DNA from: Chloroflexota bacterium
GTDB lineage: Bacteria; Chloroflexota; Anaerolineae; Anaerolineales; Villigracilaceae
DNA length: 64,000 nucleotides
Assembly (NCBI GenBank): GCA_019873655.1
Contig: JAIOAU010000001.1
Span: 83,984 to 147,983, forward strand
Direction of reading: 5' to 3'
Shown here: in pieces, positions 44,822 to 53,849 of the stretch
How the letters are laid out: each line of letters begins with the position of its first letter
Numbering within the stretch: the stretch's first letter is position 1
Position numbers and translations under genes: made by a program
The notes under the pieces: generated by a model
Databases searched by the model: none
What the model was told of the DNA's origin: nothing
The model's input: the letters and a program-made list of their open reading frames with translations, nothing else

Positions 44822-45838
44822 TTATCTCTTCTCCAAACGCAGGCGCATCAGGAAGCGGTCCTGCGCGCCGAAGCGATACTTGTATTCCTCGTCGCCGCGC
44901 AGGAAGTCGAACTCGGCGCGCTGGTTTTCGTTGGCCCAGCGCAGCAGATAGGCCAGCAGCACCCAGCCGGGGGAAAGGTCCAGGAAAGCGCGGTCGAGGC
45001 CGGAATTGTAGACCCAGATGCGGTTGCCGTAATCGAAGTTCAGGTAGGCGGCGGCCTTTTGGCCGTTCACTTCCAGGAAGGCCAGTTGCAGCCAGCCGTG
45101 AGCAAAGGCGGCCTGGCAGGCGTGGCGCATTTGTTGGCGCATGAGCGGGGTCAGGAAGGCGGCCTTCTGCGGGTCGTGGGCCATCAGGTCGAGGAAGGCT
45201 TCGACTTCCGCCTCCAGCGCGTCGGCGTCCGAGACGATGTACCAGCGCACCGCCTGGGCGCTTTCCTCGGCGCGGCGCATTTTGCGGCGGATTTCGTGGC
45301 GCTGTTTCTTGTCGAGGCGGGCCAGATAGGCCTCGAAGTCGCCGGGCAGGGGAATGGTCGGCGAATGGTAGGTCTGTTCGAGGCGGACGTCCCAGCCGCG
45401 CTCCCGGGCGGCCGTCTGCAGGGCGGGCAGGCTGGGGGAGGATTCGAGCAGGTTGTGCAGGTCGAGGACGCGCCAGGGGAGCGGGAGGGTTTCCAGAAAA
45501 TCGAGCAGGCCGGCGGCGAAGGCGGGCAGGTCGTCCGGGCGGACGATCAGGTCCAGGAGGTCGGAGATTTCGATGCTGCCCAGCAGGAGCAGTGCCGGGT
45601 CGCCGTCGCGGTTGTCGGCGCAGAAGAGGGGGGCGATTCCGGCCAGGCGTCCGGCGCGGCGGGCGGCGACGAGCGCCAGGCGGGCTGAGGACGGCCATTC
45701 TCCTCCGCCGCGCGTCTCCCACCAGGTTTGCAGGTACTCATAGCGCAGGAACGGCGCGTCGGCGATGGATTCGGCCAGAAGGTCGTTCCATTCGGCCGGG
45801 TTCAGGGTCGAGAAGTCATCGGTCAGGCTGAAGTCCAT
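44822..45838 (-). CDS. GNAT-fold acyltransferase (BioF2-like / FemAB-like)
   Basis: N-terminal WNDLL...PFLRYEYLQTWW and a C-terminal LRGDEEYKYRFGA signature typical of that family. The start is the ATG at 45838. Confidence 0.6.
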   Translation of the reverse strand: MDFSLTDDFSTLNPAEWNDLLAESIADAPFLRYEYLQTWWETRGGGEWPSSARLALVAARRAGRLAGIAPLFCADNRDGDPALLLLGSIEISDLLDLIVRPDDLPAFAAGLLDFLETLPLPWRVLDLHNLLESSPSLPALQTAARERGWDVRLEQTYHSPTIPLPGDFEAYLARLDKKQRHEIRRKMRRAEESAQAVRWYIVSDADALEAEVEAFLDLMAHDPQKAAFLTPLMRQQMRHACQAAFAHGWLQLAFLEVNGQKAAAYLNFDYGNRIWVYNSGLDRAFLDLSPGWVLLAYLLRWANENQRAEFDFLRGDEEYKYRFGAQDRFLMRLRLEKR

Positions 45839-45903
45839 GGTTCGATTCACAGAGGGGGAGTGGAGTGCTTCTTGTCCGTCCATTTTACCAGTATAATGTA
45901 ATC

Positions 45904-48204
45904 ATGCCTGCCGAGTTGGACCTGCACCTACTGCCTTTCAACCGCGTCAAGGGTCAGGAATGGCCGCAATTGCCGGGTCTGCTGGCGACGGCCCCGCCGC
46001 GGCGTGTGGCCCGCGGCCGGGAGGGCGATTGGCTGATCGTCTATTTGAGTCTGGCGGGCAACGCGCCGTTTACCTCGAGCGAATACGCTCAACTGGTCGG
46101 CCAATTGGCCGAGCGTTTCTATCAGATTCCGGGGGCGTTGACCTCGGCGATGCGGTCGGTGGTCGAGATACTCAATGAGTTTCTCACGGAACGCAATCGC
46201 AAACTGAGCGGCATTTCGCAGCAATCGAGCGGCCGGTTCATCTTTGGGGTGCTGCGCGGCCGGCAGTTGACTCTGGCCCAGAGCGGCCCGACTCACGCCT
46301 TCCATCTGACGCCGGCGGGCGTCCAGCATTTCCATGATGAGACGCTCTCCGGCCGCGGGCTGGGTCACGGTTCGGCCACGCCCATTTACTTTTCGCAGAT
46401 GACGCTGCAGCCCGGCGACCAGGTGCTGTTGTGCGCCGAACTGCCGGCGGCCTGGCAGGCGGCGCTGGAAGCCGAACGCGGCCTGGCCAGCCTGGAAGCG
46501 CGGCGGCGCAAACTCCTTTCTCTGACCGACGAGGATTTGAACGCCGTCCTGGTGCAGACGCAGGCTGGCAAGGGGCGGGTGGAAATTTTGCAGGCGATGA
46601 AACCGGCGGTCGAAATCCCTGCGCCGCCGCCCGCCGCGCGTGAGTCTGCGCCGCCCGCTGGGGGAGAAAGGGTTGTTGCGCCTGTCGTTCCGCCGGCCGA
46701 ACGTCCGGCCAGCCGTTTCAGCCGGCTGATGGCGCAGCCTGCGGCCCCTCGGGCTGGAGAATCGGTTGCCGCGGCCCCTCCGGCTGGGGACCCGGCCGCC
46801 GCGGCCCGCCCGGCGGCCGCCGCGCCGCTGCCGGAGATCGAGCGTCCGCCCTCGGCGCGGCGCAGGCAAGTCTATGGCGGGCTGGCGCGTTTTCTGCAAC
46901 GCGTTCGCCTCCTGAATGAGCGGATTGGCCGGGCGATGCGGGAATTCTGGCCGCGCCTCCTGCCGGGATTGTATCGGGAGGGCCCGCCGCTTTCGAACGC
47001 GTTCCTGGCGTTCGTGGCGGTCGTCATTCCCCTGGCCCTGGTGGTGGCGGCCAGCACCGTCTACGTCCGTTATGGAAAGACTTCGCAATACGAGGAAAAC
47101 TATCAACTGGCGGTTCAGGCGGCGGTGGGCGCTATCGGCCAGACCGACCCGGCGGTGGTCCGTCACGCCTGGGAAAGTTGCTTGTATTATCTCGACCGCG
47201 CCGAAGTGTATCTGGTGACGCAGGAATCGCGCGAACTGCGCCGGATCGCCCAGTCGGCGCTGGATGGTTTGGACGGCATCGTGCGGCTCGACTTTCGTCA
47301 GGTGAGCGGTTCGCTGGGCGAAGGCAGGCGCATCACCCGCATGGCCGCGACCGAAGACGGCCTGTTCATGCTCGATGAAGCCAGCGGGGAAGTCTTGCAC
47401 GCCTTGTTTACCCAACAGCCGGAGTTGCGGATGGATGATTTCTTCCGCTGCCGCTCGGGGGTTTACAACGGCCTCCAGGTCGGCCCGCTAATCGATCTGG
47501 CTGCTTTGCCGGCCATCAACACCCGCAACGCCGATGTGCTGGCCATGGACGGCAACGGCACGCTGTTGTATTGTACGGTCGGCGGCGAACCGGTGGCGGT
47601 CGCCCTGGCCGCTCCCAGCGTCGGCTGGACGGGGGTGCGCAATTTCAGCCTGGACAGCGACGGCCGCAACCTGTATTTGCTAGACCAGCATGCCGTCTGG
47701 GTCTACGCCGGCACGCTGGGCGAATTCACCGAACTGCCCATCAGTTTCTTCAGCGAGCAGGTGCCGCAGAATATGGATCAGGTCATCGATCTGGCCGTCA
47801 GCGGGGATAACCTATATCTGTTGTTTCAGGATGGTCACATGGCCGCCTGCACGCTCAGCCGCTTGAGCGTCGTCCCCACCCGCTGCACCGATCCGTTGAC
47901 TTTCGTGGACGAACGCCCGAACCATCTTTCTGGCGCGACCATTACGGACGCCATTTTCTCGCAAATGATGTTCGGCCCGACGCCCGATCCGTCTCTTTAC
48001 CTGCTTGAGCCGTTGACTCAAGCGGTGTATCGTTTCTCCCCCCACGCCGATGCGATGACGCTCCAGGGACAATTCCGCGCCAGCGCCGACCTGGTCCAGG
48101 CCGGGTTTGCCGGTCAACGGGCGACGGCGATGGCCTTCGGGCCGAATCGGTCTCTCTTTCTGTGTGTGGGGAACAAAATCTATTACGCCGGCGCAGTTCC
48201 ATAA
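45904..48204 (+). CDS. Receptor-like protein: degenerate PP2C-like N-domain, Ala/Pro linker, TM segment, propeller-like C-domain
   Basis: PP2C-like blocks FIFGVLRGRQLTLAQSGPTHAFHL and GDQVLLCAELP lack the usual Asp residues. TM segment AFLAFVAVVIPLALVVAASTVYV. LYLLD/LFMLD/LYLLF/LYLLE strand motifs recur. Confidence 0.55.
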   Translation: MPAELDLHLLPFNRVKGQEWPQLPGLLATAPPRRVARGREGDWLIVYLSLAGNAPFTSSEYAQLVGQLAERFYQIPGALTSAMRSVVEILNEFLTERNRKLSGISQQSSGRFIFGVLRGRQLTLAQSGPTHAFHLTPAGVQHFHDETLSGRGLGHGSATPIYFSQMTLQPGDQVLLCAELPAAWQAALEAERGLASLEARRRKLLSLTDEDLNAVLVQTQAGKGRVEILQAMKPAVEIPAPPPAARESAPPAGGERVVAPVVPPAERPASRFSRLMAQPAAPRAGESVAAAPPAGDPAAAARPAAAAPLPEIERPPSARRRQVYGGLARFLQRVRLLNERIGRAMREFWPRLLPGLYREGPPLSNAFLAFVAVVIPLALVVAASTVYVRYGKTSQYEENYQLAVQAAVGAIGQTDPAVVRHAWESCLYYLDRAEVYLVTQESRELRRIAQSALDGLDGIVRLDFRQVSGSLGEGRRITRMAATEDGLFMLDEASGEVLHALFTQQPELRMDDFFRCRSGVYNGLQVGPLIDLAALPAINTRNADVLAMDGNGTLLYCTVGGEPVAVALAAPSVGWTGVRNFSLDSDGRNLYLLDQHAVWVYAGTLGEFTELPISFFSEQVPQNMDQVIDLAVSGDNLYLLFQDGHMAACTLSRLSVVPTRCTDPLTFVDERPNHLSGATITDAIFSQMMFGPTPDPSLYLLEPLTQAVYRFSPHADAMTLQGQFRASADLVQAGFAGQRATAMAFGPNRSLFLCVGNKIYYAGAVP

Positions 48205-48215
48205 GAGGAGGCCTC

Positions 48216-49253
48216 ATGAGTACTCCCTCTCGTTCATCCGACAATTTGTTGACTTCTTTGCTCGAACTGTTGAAGAAGATGGGTAAGCGGGGCGCGCCGC
48301 CGCCGGCGGCGGCTCCGCCGCCCGTCCCGGCCGACAATTTGACCGATCCGGCGGTCATGGTCACCAACCGGGTGTTGCAGATCGTCTATGATCCCATCAT
48401 GGATTCCGCCACTGGCGAGCGGCTTTCCCAAAGGATGAAGTGGAATCGCGTCGATGATCTGACGAGCGATTTCATCCAGGACATTCTCGAAACCAGCGCA
48501 GGCCTGGCCCGCTACGAGGTGGTCGAGCGCGTTCTCCTGGACGAATTCCCGGCCAAAGTGGACGGCTACCGGTACACGCCAGCCGCCTATCTGGAAGTCA
48601 TGCGCGGCGCGCCGCCTCACAAGCCGGAAGAGATTGACTATCAGGCGATTCTGACGGGGTACAACGTCTTGCCGCGGATTGCCAAACGCGAGATCGATGA
48701 AGTCTGGCTGTTCGGTTTTCCCCATGCCGGTTTCTACGAGTCTTGCATGGGCGGCGCGGGGGCCTTTTGGTGCAACGCCCCTCCGCTGAGGGGGACGACC
48801 CGCTGTCCCCGCCGCTTTATCGTCATGGGATTTTCTTTCGAGCGGGGGGTGGGAGAAATGCTGGAGGCGTTTGGTCATCGCGCCGAAGCCATCCTTACCA
48901 AAGTGTTCGAAAAGGCGACCGGCGAGGCCAATCTGTTTGCCCGCTTCAGCCGTTACGAAAAGAATGCGCCCGGCAAGGCGGCTGTTGGGACGATCCATTT
49001 TGCCCCCAACAGCCAGCGCGATTACGATTGGGGCAATCCGACCAAGGTGCTCAGCGAGTGCTATGATTGGCTCAATTTCCCGCAGTTCCAGGGCGATGTC
49101 CGAGAGGTGGACGCCAGCGAATGGGGCGGCGGCGACATCCGCGCCCATCACCGCTGGTGGCTGGCCCATTTGCCCAAAGTGGCCGGCCGCACGGCAGGAG
49201 TAGCCAACAATTGGTGGCAGTACATCATGGACCCCAATTTAGTCAACCTGTAA
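48216..49253 (+). CDS. Conserved-looking hypothetical cytosolic protein
   Basis: A GAGGAG Shine-Dalgarno lies before the ATG, 11 nt after the upstream stop. Cys/His/Trp-rich blocks (FGFPHAGFYESCMGG, HFAPNSQRDYDWG, HHRWWLAHLP). I recognised no family. Confidence 0.5.
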   Translation: MSTPSRSSDNLLTSLLELLKKMGKRGAPPPAAAPPPVPADNLTDPAVMVTNRVLQIVYDPIMDSATGERLSQRMKWNRVDDLTSDFIQDILETSAGLARYEVVERVLLDEFPAKVDGYRYTPAAYLEVMRGAPPHKPEEIDYQAILTGYNVLPRIAKREIDEVWLFGFPHAGFYESCMGGAGAFWCNAPPLRGTTRCPRRFIVMGFSFERGVGEMLEAFGHRAEAILTKVFEKATGEANLFARFSRYEKNAPGKAAVGTIHFAPNSQRDYDWGNPTKVLSECYDWLNFPQFQGDVREVDASEWGGGDIRAHHRWWLAHLPKVAGRTAGVANNWWQYIMDPNLVNL

Positions 49254-49381
49254 TGTTCTTGTAAGTCTTCAGGGAAGTTCTCTTGAGATAACATGGGGGA
49301 AAGGTTTGCCTTTTGGAGGCTGATGATTAGGAAAAGTTTCCTATCGTCATTGCCTTTGTCTCATATAAAATGTAAAGGCAT

Positions 49382-52345
49382 TTGTTCTTCAAACTTTCAT
49401 CCATGACCGGAATGCCTCTGTCCTCCCGCCTGCGTTCAGCCTGGCTCGTCTTTGGGGCTCTTTCGCTCGTGATTGTAGGAGTAGTTGCGGGGTTGCGCTA
49501 TCTCTTCGGCCCGCCCGTGGGGATGGTGATTGCGCTGCCGGTCATTCTGTTTGCCTGGTGTGTGGGTCTGGGGTGGGCGCTGTCGCTGGGGGCGTTGGAT
49601 TTCCTTGTCTATCTCGGGCTGTCGCTGTTGATTCACCGGGAAAACTATGATGGAGATGCCCTGGTCGCTCACCTAGTGGGTCTGACTCTGCTCAGCGCGG
49701 TGGCGGTCCTGGTAGCCCGGGTGAAGCAGGATCAGCAGCGGGCGCAGCAAGCCATTCTCGCCCAAGCGGAGCAGACTCAGCAGCAACGCCATCAGATCGA
49801 TTTCCTTTCCATGCTGAACGATATCGTCAGCGCTGCCCTGGAAGCCGAGGATATGCTGGCCATGCTCAAAATGCTGGCCCGGCGCGTGGGTGAACTGTTC
49901 GGCGCCGATGATTGTTTCATCACCCGCTGGGATGAACAAAACCAGTCTCCCATTCCCACCGCTGCCTATGGCCGGTTGAGCGAGACCTATGCGACCATTA
50001 AACCGTTGCCAGGCGAAAAGACGTTGACTCAAGCGGCGCTAGAGGCGGGCCGTCCGCTGGCGCTGGAAGATGTGCGCCGCGCTTCCTGCATCGGTCCGAA
50101 ACTGGCGCATGAGTTTCCGAGCGCCTCGGCGCTCGGCCTGCCGTTGATTTCGGGGACGCGCCGCCTCGGGGCTGTCATCCTGGGATTCCGTCAGCCCCAT
50201 CATTTTACGGAGGACGAGATTCGCCGCGGCGAATTGACCGCCCGTCAGATCTCCCTGGCGATGACCAAAGTCCTTTTGCTCGAAGAGGCCCGCCTGCGGG
50301 TGCGCGAACTGGCCGGCCTGCACATGATTTCGCAGGCGTTCAGCGTCTATGCCGACGCCGAAATCTACGGTTCCCTGACCGATATCCTGGCAGACCTGTT
50401 CCAGGCCGAGATTTGCGCCATCGGCTTGCGCGATGAATCGGGCGAATACGTCCAGTTTCAGGTTCCCGGCCATGGTTTGAGCGATGAGGTCTTGCAAGCC
50501 ATCCGCTATCCCTGCAAGTTGGGGGCCCAGGCCTGGCATTTTTCGCGGGGGGTCTTTCGCGCCAATTCTCCCGACCAAATCCCTGCCGATTTTGCAGAAA
50601 TGGTCGCTTCGTTGGGAATTCGCTCGATTCTGGTCGCTCCCTTGTGGGACCTGGAACATAAACTGATGGGCGCCGTTTACATCGCCAATCGGGCGGGGGG
50701 ATTCGATGACAACGATGTTCACATGGCCGAGATGTTGGCCGAACAGGTGGCCGGCGTTCTCCGCAACACCCGTCTGCTGGCGGCCGAGCGCCGGCGGGCG
50801 CGTGAACTGGCCGTCTTGCACGCGGTGGCTGCTCTGACGAACGAGGTCAACGACGAAGACGAATTGCTCGAGCGGGCCGCCGAATTGATCGGCCGCGATA
50901 TTTACTCGGATTATGTGGCCATCCTCCTGCTGGATGAAAAACGGCAGGAACTCTACATCCATTCTTCTTATCGCCGCGCCAAACGGGAGGGCCAGATTCG
51001 GGTGCCGCTCGATCTCGGAATCGTCGGCTCGGTCGCCCGGTCGGGGCAGCCGCGCAATATCCCAGACGTCAGCCAGGCGCCCGATTACTTGAACCTCGAC
51101 CCGCTGACGCGTTCCGAACTGTGCGTTCCGCTCAAGGCCGGCGACAAAGTCATCGGCGTGCTGAATGTCGAGAGTCATGAATTGAACCGCTTCCGGCGCG
51201 AGGACGAGGAATTGCTCGGCATCCTGGCCGGACAACTCTCCACCGCGCTTCAGCGTCTGCGAACCGCCCGCGCCGAAGAACATCAGCGGCGTCAGATGGA
51301 GCGTTCCACGGCCTTGTTCAAAGCATTGGCTCAGGTGGGGGCCAGCGCCGCGGCCGCCTCGGATCCGGAGGGCGTATTTCGCGCCCTGGGGGGCGAATTG
51401 TCGAAACTTGGTTTACATTGCATCGTGGCCTTGATGGACCGAGAGGGCGCTCACGCGGTTATCCGTTACACCTCCTTGCCGCCCCAAGTCGTCAAACAGG
51501 CCGAGCGCCTGAGCGGCTATCAGATGGCCGACTTTGCCATCCCGCTCGAAGTGCTGGAAAGTTTCGTCAATCATACGCCCTCTTCGGTCTTTATCCGCGA
51601 CCCCTTTCAGGTAGCGCGCAGCATTCTGCCTCATTTTCCCCGCCACCGCCTGGAAAAGATTTTGAAAGTCCTGGGGATTTCCGAAAACGTCGTCATGTGT
51701 CATCTGCCCCTGATCGGCGAAGGCCGGATGATCGGCGTGATCTGGTTGTGGGGGGAAGGCTTCCGCGAGGGAGATTTGCAGGCGATGCTGCTGTTCGCCC
51801 GCCAGGTGGCTGCCGCCCTCCAGAACGCCAATCTGCTGGAAGAAGTCCGCCGGCTGGCCATCACCGACGATTTGACCGGCCTTCACAACCGCCGCTATTT
51901 CTTCGAGCAGGCCGAGAAACAATTTCGCCAGGCCAAACGTCAGCGGGAAATGCTCGCGGCTTTGATTCTGGATGTGGACTATTTCAAGAGTTTCAACGAT
52001 TAATACGGCCATCAGGTGGGAGATGAAGTTTTGCGGCACATTGCCCGGCGGCTGCAACGCGCCCTGCGCGAGACCGATCTCCTGGGCCGCTACGGCGGCG
52101 AGGAGTTCTCCGCGCTCCTGCCAGGAGCGGATATCGAGACGGCGATGGAGGTGGCAGAACGCGTCCATGCGGCCATCACGGCCGAACCGATTCCGACCGA
52201 GGTGGGGCCTCTATCGGTGCAGGTGAGCATCGGCGTGGCAGCCCTCGACGAAAAGACGACAACCTTACATGCCATGATCAAACGCGCCGACCAGGCCATG
52301 TACACAGCCAAAGAGTCGGGGCGCAATTGTGTGGCGATGAAATGA
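49382..52345 (+). pseudogene. Multi-TM, multi-GAF diguanylate cyclase (GGDEF) interrupted by one in-frame TAA
   Basis: The reading is ...LILDVDYFKSFND-TAA(52001-52003)-YGHQVGDEVL...GGEEF..., continuous in a single frame. The stop sits inside the conserved DxxxFKxxNDxxGH block. Confidence 0.75.
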
Positions 52346-52421
52346 CGGCTGGGGCGAAACAGGGCGGCGAGGGACAAAACTTTGTTATACTATCCCAATT
52401 ACGGATACAAAGGGGTGTCGC

Positions 52422-53849
52422 ATGCGAAAAACAATCGCAACTCTTTTGGCGCTGGCCTTCCTGCTGGGCGGATGGTTGCCCGCGGCTCATGCTCAGGGCG
52501 GCATTCGTCTGGTGGACAACCAGGCCAGCCTCTCCTTCCCCCAAAGCGTGACCTTCCGCGCCGTCATCGAGAGCGCCAACCGCATCACCTCGGTCGTCCT
52601 CGAATATGGGACCGAGCAATTGACCTGCGGCACGGTGGTGGCGCGGGCTTTTCCCGATTTCACTCCCGCCTCCCGCGTCGAGGTGCAATGGACGTGGGAC
52701 ATGCGCCAGAGCGGTTCGCTGCCGCCGGGGGCGCGGCTGTGGTGGCGCTGGCTGGTCAGCGACTCCAGCGGCGCTTCCTATTCGAGCGAACGCCAGGAAA
52801 TTACCTGGCTGGATGATATTCACGACTGGCAGTTCGTTTCGGGGGGGTTCATCAACCTGTTTTACTACAGCGGCGGCGCGCAGTTCGGCGATGAACTCCA
52901 TCAGGCCGCGGTCGAGGCGCTGGGCCGCCTCGCCCGGGAAGTCGGTTTATATCCCGAAACGTCCATTGACATCTACATCTACGCCAGCAGCGCCGACATG
53001 CAGGACGCCGTCCTCTACGAACCCTCCTGGACCGGCGGACAAGCCTACCCGGAGCACAACATTGTTATCATCGGCGTCTCTCCCAACCAGTTGGACTGGG
53101 GCAAGCGCACGGTGGCGCACGAACTCACCCACGTCCTCGTCGGTCATCTCACCTTCTCCTGTTTGAGTTTCGTCCCTACCTGGGTGCATGAAGGGCTGGC
53201 CATGGTGGGGGAGGGCGGCCTGGAGGACTATCAGCGCACCCTCTTCGAGCAGGCCCTGGCGGCCGACAGCCTGCCTTCTCTGCGCTCGCTGAGCGGCGGC
53301 TTCTCCGAAGAATCCAGCCGCGCCAATCTGTCTTACGCCGTCTCTTACAGCGTGGTCAATTTTCTCGTCGAGCGTTACGGCCGCCAGCGAATCGCCCTCC
53401 TGCTCGACGCCCTGCAACGCGGCGAGACCATCGACGCCGCCCTGACCGCCGTCTACGGCTTCGACGTGGACGGCCTCGAAGACGCCTGGCGGACGGCCAT
53501 CGGCGCCGCCCCGCGCCTCCCCCAGGACGGACAGCCGACGCCCCAGGCGACGCCTACCCTCGTCCCCGCCATCGTCCCTGTCTCCGGCGCTCCGGTCGCC
53601 TCGGCCCCGACGCCGCGTCCCACCCTGACCGCCACGCCTACGCCCCTCTCTGCCGAGCCGATCGCCTCCCCCGACAGGCCCTTGATCTTGGGTTCAGACG
53701 TCCTGATTGCTCTTCAAATTGGGCTGTTTTGCCTGTGCGCGGCGGTTGTGGCCGTCTTGGTGCCCGTCCTGGTGACGCGCAGCCGCCGCCGGCGCCGCAG
53801 ACGTCCCGTCCAGCAGGAAGGACAACCCGGCCCGGAGGTGAAGCCATGA
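52422..53849 (+). CDS. Secreted, C-terminally anchored MA-clan zinc metallopeptidase (peptidase_MA_2-like)
   Basis: Signal peptide, HELTHVLVGH (HExxH), a PT linker, a C-terminal TM segment and a poly-Arg tail. Confidence 0.75.
   Translation: MRKTIATLLALAFLLGGWLPAAHAQGGIRLVDNQASLSFPQSVTFRAVIESANRITSVVLEYGTEQLTCGTVVARAFPDFTPASRVEVQWTWDMRQSGSLPPGARLWWRWLVSDSSGASYSSERQEITWLDDIHDWQFVSGGFINLFYYSGGAQFGDELHQAAVEALGRLAREVGLYPETSIDIYIYASSADMQDAVLYEPSWTGGQAYPEHNIVIIGVSPNQLDWGKRTVAHELTHVLVGHLTFSCLSFVPTWVHEGLAMVGEGGLEDYQRTLFEQALAADSLPSLRSLSGGFSEESSRANLSYAVSYSVVNFLVERYGRQRIALLLDALQRGETIDAALTAVYGFDVDGLEDAWRTAIGAAPRLPQDGQPTPQATPTLVPAIVPVSGAPVASAPTPRPTLTATPTPLSAEPIASPDRPLILGSDVLIALQIGLFCLCAAVVAVLVPVLVTRSRRRRRRRPVQQEGQPGPEVKP

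Noticed and set aside
42906-45722. 938-aa minus-strand ORF
   Set aside because: It lies antisense to the second ABC exporter gene and out of frame with the GNAT gene. Arg/Pro-rich shadow ORF.
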